A DNA stretch of 64,000 nucleotides from Kondoa subrosea. Its lineage: Eukaryota. Numbering within the stretch: the first letter of the stretch is position 1; each line of letters begins with the position of its first letter. The notes under the pieces were generated by a model. That model did no database searches, was not told where the DNA came from, and saw only the letters and a list, made by a program, of their open reading frames with translations. The stretch lies in assembly GCA_039545335.1 (NCBI GenBank), contig BCIN01000005.1, positions 1-64,000 on the forward strand. Direction: 5' to 3'. This document shows positions 38,901 through 51,544 of this stretch, in pieces. Made by a program: the position numbers and the translations under genes.

Positions 38901-39026
38901 AAAGAGAACAACATGGATTTTGTTGCAGAGAATGATGATCTATTGGAAGAGCCAGTTTGGGAGAAAACGCCAACAGCAACAGATGCTCTACCGGTGCAGA
39001 TCATCGAAGACAACGAGGAGGAGTGA
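35905..39026 (+). CDS. Glycosyltransferase family 90 (CAP10/Cxt1-like xylosyltransferase), paralog 2
   Basis: QSKTFSQAVKEYVKRYGRRPPKGFDRW, LVWRGQTSG, LDIDGNSWSGRFRRLM and LMLEYGR. Confidence 0.92.
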
Positions 39027-39188
39027 ATGGGTCGAGAACGGTGTAAGTCTTCCGGGTTTTGGAGGGTTTTGGCATATCGCATTGCATTGCATACTAAAAT
39101 ATCATACTCCGTCCTTCTGCGTACGCGTTAGCGGCGTTACCAATCTTCTTCAGCCTGCGTCTTTTGTTTATCGACAATCTGGCAACCC

Positions 39189-41451
39189 ATGATGCACTGG
39201 CAATTTCCTCTGCTATGCTCTTGCGCGACAACTGTAGCAGCCCTCAGTAGCCACTCTTTGGTCCAATCGAGTCGCCTTCCTCTAGGATTATACTCTCGCT
39301 TGAATACATTCGAATCTGAAAGTGCTTCAAGTTTGTCTGTCAAATATCCTGCGCATTCTCTTGATGTCCCTATTTCTCACTTCAATGACGAATATTATGC
39401 ACCACATCAAGAAGGCACATTCAAGCTTCGCTATTGGTTTTCGAGCGAACATTATCGTCCAAATGGGCCAATTTTTCTGTTAGATGGGTACGCTTGATCC
39501 GGATTACAGCTGCATAATCTAAGCTGTTACAAGAGGAGAAACGAATGGCGAAGGCCGCTTACCCTTTCTTGATTCTGGGATTCTCAAGATTCTGTCTCAA
39601 GCAACTCATGGGCTGGGAATCGTGATCGAGCATCGCTATTATGGCCAATCGTATCCTACTCAAGATCTCTCAACAGGTCAGGAACATATTTCGCGCTTGA
39701 CCCGATCTGATTAATGTAGATAATCTACGCTTCTTGTCAACTGAACAGTCCAACATGGATCTCAAGTACTTTGTAGAGAACGTCAATCTTCCTGGATTAG
39801 GTAGCATCAATCAGAGCAATCCTGTCAGCCTATACGGCGGGTCTTACGCCGGCGCCAAAGTCGCTTTCGCTCGCAAGCTGTATCCAGAAACATTTTTCGG
39901 GGCGATAGCGAGCAGCGGTGTGATTCATGCTCAGGTACGTGTACATCGACCTGTGAACGCTATTCGGCTGATACTTAGTACAGGTCAATTATTGGAGTAT
40001 GTTGTCTCCGCGATGCATTTGGCTCTGTAAGCTGAATAGACCCAACAGATTACTTTGATATCGTACGTTTCCCTATGTTATTATAATATCGTTCTGACAC
40101 TATGATAGATCAGGAAATTCGGTCCACCGCAATGCATCGAAGGTATCATCAATACGGTTTCTTTGGTTGATGCAGCTCTGGCTCTCAAATCTGGCTTTGT
40201 CACGAAAGCTGTCAAAGCTTTCTTCGGTCTCTCAGGCGTATCAGATGACCGAGACTTTGTCAATGTATGTGTTTTGCTGTCCAATGTTGGTGGGAGTTTA
40301 CACTAAAAGCAGACGCTCACGTTTCCTCTGGGCGATTGGCAAGTAGGCTCTACATCCTCTCTGTATTACAGCCACTGAATGTTTAACACAGGGCAGAGTC
40401 TGGGATCCTGCGATAAATGACGACTCTTTCTTCTCATTCTGCTCGAATATCACTTCCTCCCCCAATGCTACAACATCGAGCGAGATCTTCTCTTTAACCA
40501 AACCTTCAACTTGGAGAGGAGCTATTGGATATGCTCGATACATCAAAGAACACGTAGCTAGTCTTTGTGAAAGTGAAGAGAAACAGGATGAATGTTTCGG
40601 TACGAGCAATGCTACTGCTTATCAGCAGATCGGTTTGGAACAGTCGCCTTGGAGAAGTTGGACTTATCAGTACGCCTTTGTTCGATTGTTTACAATTACT
40701 TGATGTCCTGACCGGAATCCAAGGTATTGCACAGAATGGGGTATATTTTTGAAGCTTGGCTGCCAATTAGCGTTTGCTGATATTAATTGCATAGGCTACT
40801 TTCAAGTCGCAGCACCTAAATCACACCCCTCGCTGCTCTCTCGCTTGCTCGACGTACCGTACGCTTCTAAAATCTGTTCTCAAGCTTTCCCTCCTGGTCA
40901 ATACAACTCCATTCCTCTTACGCCTAACGTCACCCGTATCAACCAATACGGAGATTTTGATCTGTTAGGCAGCAGAATAGCTTTCATTGACGGAGAAGAA
41001 GATCCTTGGATTGAAGCTTGCGCTCATAGTTCGTTGGCGCGCAAAAGCTATATGAGAGTAGATGATTTGGATACGCCTTATAAGTTGATCAAAGGTCTTT
41101 TACAACCTCTGCTACAAATATCACCTAAGCTGATCAAATATATTTAGGGGCTGTTCATCATTGTGAGTGTATAAGAAAGGTTCGGGAGACAGTCTGAGCA
41201 TATTCTGATCAATCTGGCAATAGGGGACGAGTATGGAGCAGAACAGGAACCGAAAGAGATCAAGAAAATTCATGCGCAAGAAGTAGAGTTTGGTAAGCCT
41301 CTCGCTCGACTGGCGGATGATTGTTCACAAAAACTGATGTCCTTTAGTGAAACACTGGCTTGAGCATTGGGATGCAAGCGATAGGCAGCGGGAGCACTTC
41401 CAGCAGCAGAAAGGCGAACATAAACTGATAATCCAAAAGCAGAGTGATTGA
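39189..41451 (+). CDS. Peptidase S28 (serine carboxypeptidase-like), secreted; many short exons
   Basis: FKLRYWF, GPIFLLDGGE, IEHRYYGQS, YGGSYAGA, FIDGEEDPW and GAVHHWD. Confidence 0.92.
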
Positions 41452-41646
41452 AACGAAGTGCGCCCACAGGGTAGTTTTCTGCAGTTGCAATGCAATAGGA
41501 GAGCTTGTCTGAGTCTTCTGCGATCCCTAAGTATGCGCCGTTGACCCGAGTCCATGCTACATCCACTCCACCTCCCCGAATCACTCTGTCTGCCTATCAA
41601 TAACTAAACGAATCAACTCCTCATGGCCTCATCTGTTGCTAGAACT

Positions 41647-42037
41647 TTATGATGATTTGGTCTTCTTTGACTTCTTAGCATCGACATCCTTGACATTGAG
41701 GGCTGTCATTTGCAACCTCCAGATGAGACTTCTCTAATAATCAAGCTAAGGCACAAGACTGACTGGGTGGCAAGCTCTGTCTGAGCTTCTCTGCCTTTTC
41801 CTGATCGAGAACGGTGAGAGTGTAAAGGTAAGTGCTGCAACGGATCTTGAATTTCGTTTTGCTCGCTGCTCCAGGTTTGCGTGAAGTAGACTTCTTTACA
41901 ATAGCGTCTGTGCATGATCACAATCCAAGCAATCAGACTGGAGTGAGACTGATAAGCCACGGATTGGACGCACGCTTTGCATTCTTCCTTCGTGCAATTT
42001 CGAGGAAAGCCTTGATATCTTTGACTTCAACAGGCAT
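41647..42037 (-). CDS. RPL38: 60S ribosomal protein L38 (eL38); absent from the ORF track
   Basis: Spliced reading [21 protein letters not shown]...[32 protein letters not shown]. Confidence 0.93.
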
Positions 42038-42638
42038 CTGTGTATAAGGAGCAGTTGTGTATTGATCAGTCTGCTGTTGTTAAAGGGTATGCAGCTCTAG
42101 AGCTCGCCTTGAAGAGGGGTGAAAGTGGTCGTGAAGAAGAAATGCGGTCGGAATTTTTCTTGTCTCAAGCCGAAGTAGTCGTAGATCTCAAAACTCGCTC
42201 TGCGCTGCCTAGAGACTCGCTGTAGTAGTAGGACATAGTCTAGCAGTATCCGAACGCTGATGTATGCCTCGACATGATAATACAAAGCTCTCAGGATCTT
42301 ACGTAAACATTTGATTTCGTTCAGGCAAGGCTGCTTCTTCCTACTGTGTTACTTCGGATGAGCGTAGCGTGTGTTGCTTCTCACTGACCCGTTTAGCGGA
42401 GCAAAGGAATAACATTGGGGCTAAACACAGCGAAACTCGGAAATCACAGTATCTGGCATTTGATAGTGGAGCACAACAATAAGCAGCAGCAGATAAAAGT
42501 ATCGTACGATATTAAACGACAACACACAAGAAAGAGGGACGGAAACAGTTAATCTCGACGACTCGAGCACCGCGTCAGCTGCATTAACTTTCGACTTCCT
42601 TGTCCAAGACCACGAAAGCCCAGAAGTAAGCAGAGCAG

Positions 42639-43546
42639 ATGAATGACCTCTTTGACGTCTTGCACAATCAATCAGCTCCACGTCGATTCGCGGTAGAATC
42701 AGATTCAGAGGACAGCGACTATGATGAGGAGATCCCAAAATCAAACATGGGCAAGCCAGTGGCAGCACAAGTCAGCATAACAGGAGAAGGACTGAAATGT
42801 AAGACGCTTTATGTAGTCGTCGGTGATGTAGGACAGGCGTGGAGTGCAGCTTGCAAAGGGCAGGAGAAAGGAAGTGTCACTGTTGGTGAGCAAGTTGGGC
42901 AATTCGTGCAAGTCAAAGAAGATACTCTGGTTCTTCAAGCCGATGCGTATATATTCCTCGCTACTATGTATCCCTTGGTAGAAGCCGTTTTGCAAGCTTG
43001 CAACCCTTCAATGTAAGTTTCCAATTTGTAGGCTCTTCGCGCTTGACCTAATCTCTTTCACTTCTTCCAAGCTTGCATATCATCGACTCTTACTCCGTAG
43101 ACAACTACCTTTCCCCAACATCTCCTCAGATTCCACCCATCCGATATCTTCAAACCTCTTCGTTTCCCTCTGCAGGAGCACCTTCATCAAGTCTGGCCAA
43201 GTTCGATATCCCAAACCTTCATTCCGGTTTATCCTCTTGTTTCCTTCTACAAGCCGATTCACTTTCTATTCCAGCTAGACTTCTTTTACTACCCTCTTCT
43301 GCTTCCAACATCGGTTTGGGTCAGACTAGACCGGATTCCATTTACGATCCATCTTCAGGTCATGAAGATCAAGTTCTTTTATCCGCATTACAATCTGCTG
43401 ATGCTGAAAATCTTGGTTGGCAAGAACTAGGATGGAAGAAAGATGATTTGACTTCTAATAATGGGTGGAATTGGTTGAAAAAGGTGAAAAGGGAGAAAGA
43501 AGCAAAGAAGAAGGAATCCAGTGGGATTGAAAACATGTACATGTAA
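42639..43546 (+). CDS. Probable proteasome assembly chaperone (PAC1/PSMG1-like)
   Basis: N-terminal RFAVESDSED, IPNLHSGLSS segment, and C-terminal hydrophobic-Tyr-X (MYM). Confidence 0.5.
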
Positions 43547-43550
43547 GAAT

Positions 43551-44467
43551 TTAACAAACGCTGCGAAAGATTTGAAAATATCGAAACGTTTCGGATTTCA
43601 ATGATTTTGGGTTATAATGAGTTGAGTCTTCTTTGACTGAGATAGAAAAAGGTAGAGCGGAGAAAGCTTCTTCAACTGCAGTCACTTCTTCTAGTATTCG
43701 TTCTCGTAAAGGCATCATAAGAAGAAATTGACCTCCAGGTCGTAAGAAGTGTAGGGCTGTAGCTCGAACTTGTTTGACTTGCTCTAGGTCTACAAGGCAT
43801 ATTGAGCGAGCGAGCGAGCGAGATGCGATTGGACAAGCGAACCGTAAATGAGATCAGAGCCGAGTAGAAGGTCATACTCTTGAGCCGTATGATTATCCAA
43901 TTCTCGCCAATCGATCGCTTTGACTTGAACTCGAGTATCTCTGATAGCCGTCTTATTGGCTTCAACGTTGTATCGCAAGTTCTCCAAGACGAGAGGATGA
44001 TAGTCGCTCAAAGTGACAGCGGAACATAGTCCAGAAGCAGCAAAAGCCAAACCACACAAACCAGTTCCAGAGCCTAATTCTAGTACGTTATTCGCTTGCA
44101 TTTTGGAGTCAATCAAGCGCTGAGCCATAAGAGGAGCGGACTCCCAAGTTACAGAGCCAATTTCGACCAAGGCAGTCGAGCGAATCTTCAAGCTGACATC
44201 CCCAAATTGATAAGACACAGTTTCTTCCGGTGCTGCTGATCGACCAGACAGTCTGGCCAGTACATCAGATACTTGATCAATAATAGATTCGTCATAGTCT
44301 TCGCTGCGAGCAATCAGTCGAATGCACCAATTCCGTGAGTAGGATTGCTCGAACGCATCTAGCTCAGGATTTAGGCAGATCTTGAGATGCGTCAATGCAT
44401 CCTGCAGATCAGCTAGTGATGGCTTGGGCCTCAGGCTAGGTAAGAAGCGAGAGGGCACATCTGACAT
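43551..44467 (-). CDS. Class I SAM-dependent methyltransferase (family 16, protein-lysine type)
   Basis: GSVTWESA, VLELGSGTGLCG, LSDY, DW, and YDLLLGSDLIY. Confidence 0.88.
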
Positions 44468-44624
44468 TCGTTGAAGGGAGAAGAGAGCAAACAATAGTGA
44501 CGAATGAGCTACATGATTTGCATATGCTATCAGCTTATGATTACAATGTTCATTCGAAGACAACAACGGGAGCCTGACTTCCAGAGTCGTGCGCAAAGTT
44601 ATTCGCTTAGTTTCGCTTGCAGAT

Positions 44625-45997
44625 CTACTTCAGCGATGTCCGATCCTTCCAGGTCCATTTCGGCTTGGCAATACGTGCTGCATCAACTGGAGCGAGCATC
44701 AACTCGATTTCAGGTCTAATGCGCATATCTTCAGCATTGATTCCAAGAGTAGAAGTAGACAAGAACTGACCCAAGTTCATTTTGTAGCACTCGATCAAGC
44801 AGCTGATCTTTCTCCGCTCGCAACACATCTTCTTCTTTACTGATCGCTTCCAAAGTACCTTTCAATACTCCTCCTTCCTGCGAGCTATAAGCAAATTTGG
44901 CCAATTGTACCACATAGCGTAAGAATTCAGGTGTTTGATCCGCATTGTTACTGATAAGTCGAAGCACATCTTCCGAATCGACTTCTTCTTGAGGTTTCTG
45001 ATCCGTTAAAGTAGCTGCATCCGCTTCAGTAGGTAAAGTTTCATCTCCAACACCTGGTGTTCCAGCTTCCTCATCCTCGTCGGGATCTGCTTTTGACTTC
45101 TTGTTGCTTGCAGTTGATTCTTCGCCTTCGACCACTTTTCGTTTTCTTCCACCGGTATGGGGACGTTTGGGTACAACAACTTCTTGATGAGCTACTTTGA
45201 GATGTTTCTGCAAAGCATCGGTACGTGGGAAAGATCGATCGCATTCAGGATATTCTGTCACAGCACGGTTACACTCAATACAGAATTTGTATTGAGAGCC
45301 GAAACCACTGACCTGGTTTATTGCAAGGAAAAGGTTTTTCGCCAGTGTGAGACCTCATATGCGTGATTAAAGCAAAACGAGCTCCTTGAACTTTATCCTT
45401 CCTACTGCAGCCATTCCATTGACAAGCGAATTTGTTCTTTGGGCATTTATCAATATGATCTGTACGTACATCCCTCAGATGAAGCTCACGAGCAGTCATC
45501 AAAGAAGTACATACCTGCTGTAATATGATCTGCGAAAGGCTCAATCTCCCAAAAGCTAGCTTTGCAATCTGCCCATTCGCACTGTAAGGAAGTCCTGTCA
45601 CGTTAAGAGAAATCCTCTTAACCGATGGTTCTCCTCACCTGCAGGAAAGCAATCTCTTCAGGCATTGTAGGACTATTGCATGCATATCAGAGACGCTCTT
45701 TCAGCAATCTCATGCAACTCACTCATATCCCTGCAGCAGCTCCTCATCACTCTCGGTTCCACCTATTGCAGGTAATGGCACAGACGCAGAAGCTTCAGCC
45801 ATAGGAGTAGACTGCAGAGTAGAAGGTCCAGCCAAAACAGAAGGTATGGAAGAAGCGCTGGGAGTAACGGGTGCACTTGAATCTGATGCGGATTGTGTTT
45901 TCAGCTTGACTTTCAGGGTGGGCTGCTTGACTGGCGCAGGAGCTGAAGGACCTGCTACAGGGTCAGAAGGAGTGTAGCTACAAGCCGAACCATCCAT
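44625..45997 (-). CDS. C2H2 zinc-finger protein (Iec1/YY1-like)
   Basis: FACQWNGC..RFALITHMRSHTGEKPFPC..CDRSFPRTDALQKHLKVAH and a C-terminal coiled coil. Confidence 0.8.
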
Positions 45998-46387
45998 GGT
46001 GGTCTATGGCAAGACGTGATTTTGCCAACTCATATGAAGGCAATGAGGCAGATGAATGTTGTCGCATCGAGATAGAAGCACAGATATATATACTGCAATT
46101 ACACCGAGTCTAATCCCAAAGCATGCAAATTCTTTGCAGTTTACAAGGTCTGTCAACCGCCAACAGCAAAGTATGAGCAGAGGCACAACTTCGTATGATG
46201 AACTGACCATCAAGCTCCATTTGAGCAGCGAGATTTTCCCATCTTAAGCAGTCCGCTTGCCAGAATCAACGCGAAGTCCAGCGTTGTTGGAAGAGAGGTC
46301 TGCTGGAAGATCCTTTGCCGTTCTCGTCGTGCTTTGGAACCCTCGCTCAGTGCCCTCATTTGGCAGAGCAGAAGGCGCTTTGGGAAG

Positions 46388-48361
46388 TCAATCTTCGTCA
46401 TCCTGTATATGCCATTTTAGTCAAGCCTCGAGAGCGGCATACTTCAAACGGACCGAGTCGTCGTAGAACTCGTCGTCGTCATCCTGTTCACAAGGCCAAT
46501 CGACAATCAGTATCAACCTGATTACGATCGAGCTATGCGAACCTCGTTCAAAGCATCCGAAATCTGAGCGAAATCCACTTTGTATCGCAAAAGACCACCA
46601 ATTCCACCGAACCCTGTGCATACAGGACTGACAGTATGAGACAATACTCATGGGTCGTACTCTTGACGCACCTCTGACGAATTGAGATCCCTCTTGTGAC
46701 TTGTTGGTAACGAATTCCAAAGCAGCACCAAACTCTTTATAATTCTCCGCCATCCATTCCAGAAGCGGTTGTGGATCTTTAGCCTGTTCCATCTCCAAAC
46801 CAGTCACTTTATCCAAAAACTTGGCTTGATCTTTTTCGCTCAATGCAGCAATACCAGCAGCTTGTTTGGATCCATCATCAGCTTTACTTGCGTTGGAGGC
46901 AGTAGGTGGTGGTGCAGCTGTGTGGATGATGACTTCTTTGCCTTCAGAGTTTCGCAGTACTCGACGAGTCACATCCAGATCTTCCCAAACGATCAAGGTT
47001 TCCACAGCACCCATTTCTAAACCTCGCAATGTATCATCAACACCGAAACAATATTTGCCAGTATCGGTTGAAATTTCGTCAAAGTATTTCTGAATCAATC
47101 TGTACGTACAAGAAGAAGGCACAAATCAATATTTACTCTGATTAGAGGAACTCTGACGCACTTCTTCTCTTGGATGAACTTGACGTTTGCTAAAGCGTCA
47201 CCAGCCAATTCAATAGCTTGATTGAAACCATTTTCTCCACCATAAGAAACATCCACAATCTTCATGATTTTAGCCTGCAATCTTCCATCCAACATATCGG
47301 ATTGAGATAATTCGGTCTTGAAATCAGCGCTACCAGCCATGACGATACCAACAACGTTGACTTTATCGTCGGTAATGAAATGTTGAACGGCGAATTCAGC
47401 AACTTTTCGGACATAGTTGTGTCTCTTCTCTTCACGAAGACGAGCGAAACGTAAAGCGGATTGACCACCTCGACCGTGCTTCTTTGGCAGATCGACAGTG
47501 AACTGTATCACAAACCCGTTTGTAATCAACGAAAGTTGATGACATCAGGCAATCGTAATACCTTGTGCAAGATCTCTCGAGTGTTACCAGCCACAGTGCC
47601 GAACAAAGTACCGTTACCGTCCATGATGATGAATCCAAACTTGGAATCGCTCTCGAGTAAATCCGCTAGAGCTTCAGTGTGAAACTTGTTGTCGCACAAG
47701 TAGAGAGAAGTGTTGATCGGCTTGAATGCTGTAAGCAGTAGAATCCTTCAATATCACTGAACGCGATTGTAAGACTCAGCTTACGTTCAAAGTCAAAATT
47801 GACTTTCTTCTCCTTCCTGTGCACAAAAATAAGTTTACTGCAATGTCGAGACATGAGACACTTACCCTTCGTCTGTCAAGATTGTACCGCAGTATACAAC
47901 GAGACCATTCGGCGGTACTCGATTGTAAAGCTTCAAGCGCTGTTGCGTGGAAGTGATAGCTGCCAAGACTGATAGACGATTGACTCGAGATTTGATGTTG
48001 GAAGCAGTTCCCAGTCTGTAGGTGCAAGAAAGAACGAGATCAACGCTGAAGCCGCGTGAAACCATCGCAAGGACTTACTCGTTCCTGTATGTACGAATAT
48101 TTACTGAGCACTACACAGCGCAACAGATATTCATCACTTACGCCAACATGTTTGTAGCTTGAGCGATTTGGGACCTCGGCGGCAGGATGAGCGAAATCTA
48201 GTGCAGCACAACGAAACAATTTGTCAATGCCCCCAGTCTTGCAACCTGTGTGAGTGGATATAACAGACCATACTAGTACCAGCACCTCTTGCTGCGTTGA
48301 GACTTCTGACGAGCTTCTTGACTTTCCATACTTGCAAATTCTGTTCAGCAATATCGGTCAT
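46388..48361 (-). CDS. SUP45: Eukaryotic release factor 1
   Basis: GTS, TASNIKS, YLCDNKF and [12 protein letters not shown] motifs. Confidence 0.96.
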
Positions 48362-48551
48362 TGCGTTTTAAGCCTTTTGCGTGCAACAGGGGTATAACAG
48401 CTCTGAGGAATAAGTCTATAGATGGCCGCCTGGGTAGTCTATCTGCCTCAACTCTGAGCTGAACGAGTTGCTTGAATGCGGTCAAGCTTTGTGATTTTTC
48501 CAAACTGACTCTGTTGAAGCGGGTAGCCACTCTGTTGCAATCTCCTGCTGC

Positions 48552-49756
48552 ATGCCAGACAGCCTGCGAGGAGAGCGAACTTCCTTCTCTACCTATTCAA
48601 CTCAAACAAAGCATTGGCTCTCCAATCCTGTCGTATCTGCTGGTCTTGCTTCGTGTACTTTAATTGGAGTGTACGCTGTTCGGAAACGTTTCGCTCGCAT
48701 TCAGAATCATGATTTCGTTACTGTCTGTTTTGTCTTCTCCTCCTTACCTTCACATCCATTTGATGCTTTCATGGCTTTCAGCCTCCTTTGATCGCTGCGA
48801 AACGCGTTATCAAAGGTAAAGTAGTCAAGAGTAAGTCTCTTGTACTCGAAGAATTGTGTATCGCAAGCTGATTCAATCCAGTGAGCAGTAGCTGATGCGG
48901 TCCGTCCATGCACCTTCTTAAATTCGAATCGAGCTCATAATACTCGCAGGACGGTTTTCGACTCTATCATACTCCCTTTCCAAGCTTCTTACGAAGTGTA
49001 CCAACTACTCATAAAGGTACACATCGATGACATCTGTGTTTTTATGAAGTCTGGCTGATCCGCTTGTTGCAGCACAACAGAAGCAGACTATATCAATAAG
49101 AATCGCAGGTGTTGATGCACCGGAATTAGCTCATTTCGGTAATGAAGCTCAACGTACGCTCCTTCTTCTACTTTCATAGTAAGATATGTGAGTAGAACAC
49201 GGAGAATACAGCGTTTTCCAAAGAAGCTTTTGATCTCTTATCGAACCTCGTTCTGGATCGAATGGTTACTGTACAACTATTACGTAAAGATCATAAGTTG
49301 CCTGTTTTTCTCTTCAAGATCAAAGAGTCTTTGAGCTGACATTTCCGCTCAGCACAATATGGCAGGATAGTAAGCTTCTATACCTCATCAAGTGCATAGA
49401 CAAAGCTTACTCAATGCAATTTCAGGTGGGGCTAGCTCATGTGAGGAGATTCCCTTGGTTATGGAGAACTTCCGTCAGTCTCGAAATGGCCAAAGCAGGC
49501 TGTCCGTTTCTTTCCTCCTTGGCTTTTTCTCTACTTATTCTCAAGACCTGCACGGAAAACAGTGGCAGAACTTTATACTGGATCAGGAGCAGTATACGGA
49601 TCAGAAGCGCATAAAGAAGCTTTGATAGCGGCGATAGAGAAAGCGAAGAAGAAGAAGTTGGGGATTTGGAGCAGGAAGAATTTAGAATCTGCCAAAGCGT
49701 ACAAGAAACGGGTATCTAGTTCTGGGTCAAACTCGAGTTCTAGTCAAAGCGAATAG
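48552..49756 (+). CDS. LCL3: Staphylococcal-nuclease-domain endonuclease, LCL3-like; many exons
   Basis: DADGFRLYHTP, IRIAGVDAPELAHFG, (D)QYGRI and AKKKKLGIWS. N-terminal TM segment. Confidence 0.85.
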
Positions 49757-49961
49757 AGTAAAATGCTGGTTACGACGTTGTTGTACGAAAGTGACGCTGG
49801 TTTGTAATGTAATGGAATCTTCATGTGTCAAAATTGACTACTGGTCTATTCCGCACTCTCCCCTACCCATTGCGCTCGCATAAGTTATTACGTATAGAAG
49901 CGCACGATCGCCTGAGCGCACAATCAGCTTAAACAGTGTAAAGAAATAGGAAGAAGACTGA

Positions 49962-50907
49962 CTACCAAGTGTAAGACTCCATGGACTTAAACAAACCACC
50001 TTCCTTTGGCTCCCAACCAGTCCATTCCTTCGTCTTGTAAGCCGTCCCTTTGCCTCCCATGGCCATAACAACCGCGATAAAGCCATACCCATTCTTCATC
50101 AAGTCTTCCATCGTAGCATCCTTGACAGGAAGATCCAATTTCTTGCTGATGAAATTCGCAATATCTTTCAATGGAATACCTTCTTCTTGAACCGCATGTA
50201 AGTGAACTTTGCTTGGACCTTTAGTGAGAGCAAGAAGATAGAGAGCACCAGCATCTTTTGCATGACAAGCTGACCAAACTTGAGATCCATCACCCACCAA
50301 AGCTACATGACCTTGTTTCTTAGCTTGAGCGATTTGTGTTGAAATGAAAGGATGTTCAACAGATGAAGAATGAGTTACAGGTGGTAGACGAAGGTTGATA
50401 GCTCGAACACCTTTGTCGGCGTAAGAAAGAGTTAGGTCTTCAGAAAGGGATCGAACAGAATGAGCGTTTTGATGTTTCCCTGAAGATTCGTCTGGAGTGA
50501 TATTACCCAATAAACCGCTTGTGTTGATGAAAGTCTTGTTTGTGCCAACCATAGCATCACAAATTGTAGATATAACATTGCGATCTTGTTCGCAAGCTTC
50601 TGCCATCTTGCCAGAGAAAGCTAGATCATGATTGAATCCCAGGTGAATGACAGCGTCAGAGTCTTTAGCAGCCTTAGAGAGAACATCCAGGTCGGTGATA
50701 GATCCTTTGACTGTTTGAACACCTGGAGCAAGAGCTTCTACTTTCGCTTTGGATGCATCTGAACGAGCCAGTCCAGTAACGGTATGGCCCGCTTGAACGA
50801 GCTGAGGGATAGTGTTGGAGCCGACTAGGCCTGATGCTCCGGTGACCTGCACAAGGATCAGCTCTATGCGCCTTCAGCCTATGGAGTGGACTCACAAATA
50901 CTTTCAT
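49962..50907 (-). CDS. NAD-dependent epimerase/dehydratase (atypical SDR)
   Basis: MKVFVTGASGLVG, GHTVTGLARS and DAVIHLGFNHD. Confidence 0.9.
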
Positions 50908-51544
50908 TTTGATTTTCTGGTCAATAAACTTGTTGTGCAGGTCGCGGTAGATGAACAAGAGAGTGAAGCAGCAGCGAACAAGGTATTTGCATTGGAAGCC
51001 GGACCGTTGCGTAGATTTACGTAATGCGTCGGCCGTGAGAAGTCATATGGCTTCCTTCTGCCACTTCAAGCATCCAAGCCTGCGTGCCGGATGATTGCGT
51101 AGTCATAGAAAGCGAGCGATAGTTCATGGCATAGCCAGACATATGGATAGAAAGTCGCCTCGAAAGGTCGCATTGTGCCGCAGGCGCTGAAAGAACCCAG
51201 GAAAGCAGGAGCCGAGAGAATTGTACAGCAACGCAGTGCGATCGAGACGCATGTAGAGCTTGACGTGGATGCTACGTCCAGCCAATAATATAGTCAGTGA
51301 ACAAGCAATGAAATCTTCGAAACTGCTGTCAAAGTACCTTCAAGCGTCTATCAACAAGTATTATTTATCGATAATGATAGTAAGCATATGCTATTGTACA
51401 GGTCGTGTTTTCGCAGCATAAAGATTCGCATATGACTTTGATGGACTGGCTCACAACAAGGCAACGATCAAAAGAGTCGCGCTTATTCAGTGTAACCAAA
51501 GCCTGTCATGCAAAAACATAGCGCTGATTTAGCTGAGTTCCAGC

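Noticed and set aside
46388..48361. Variant genetic code suggested by the eRF1 differences
   Set aside because: TAA, TAG and TGA all end conserved genes here (RPL38, CDC20, REX), and the NIKS and YxCxxxF motifs are intact.
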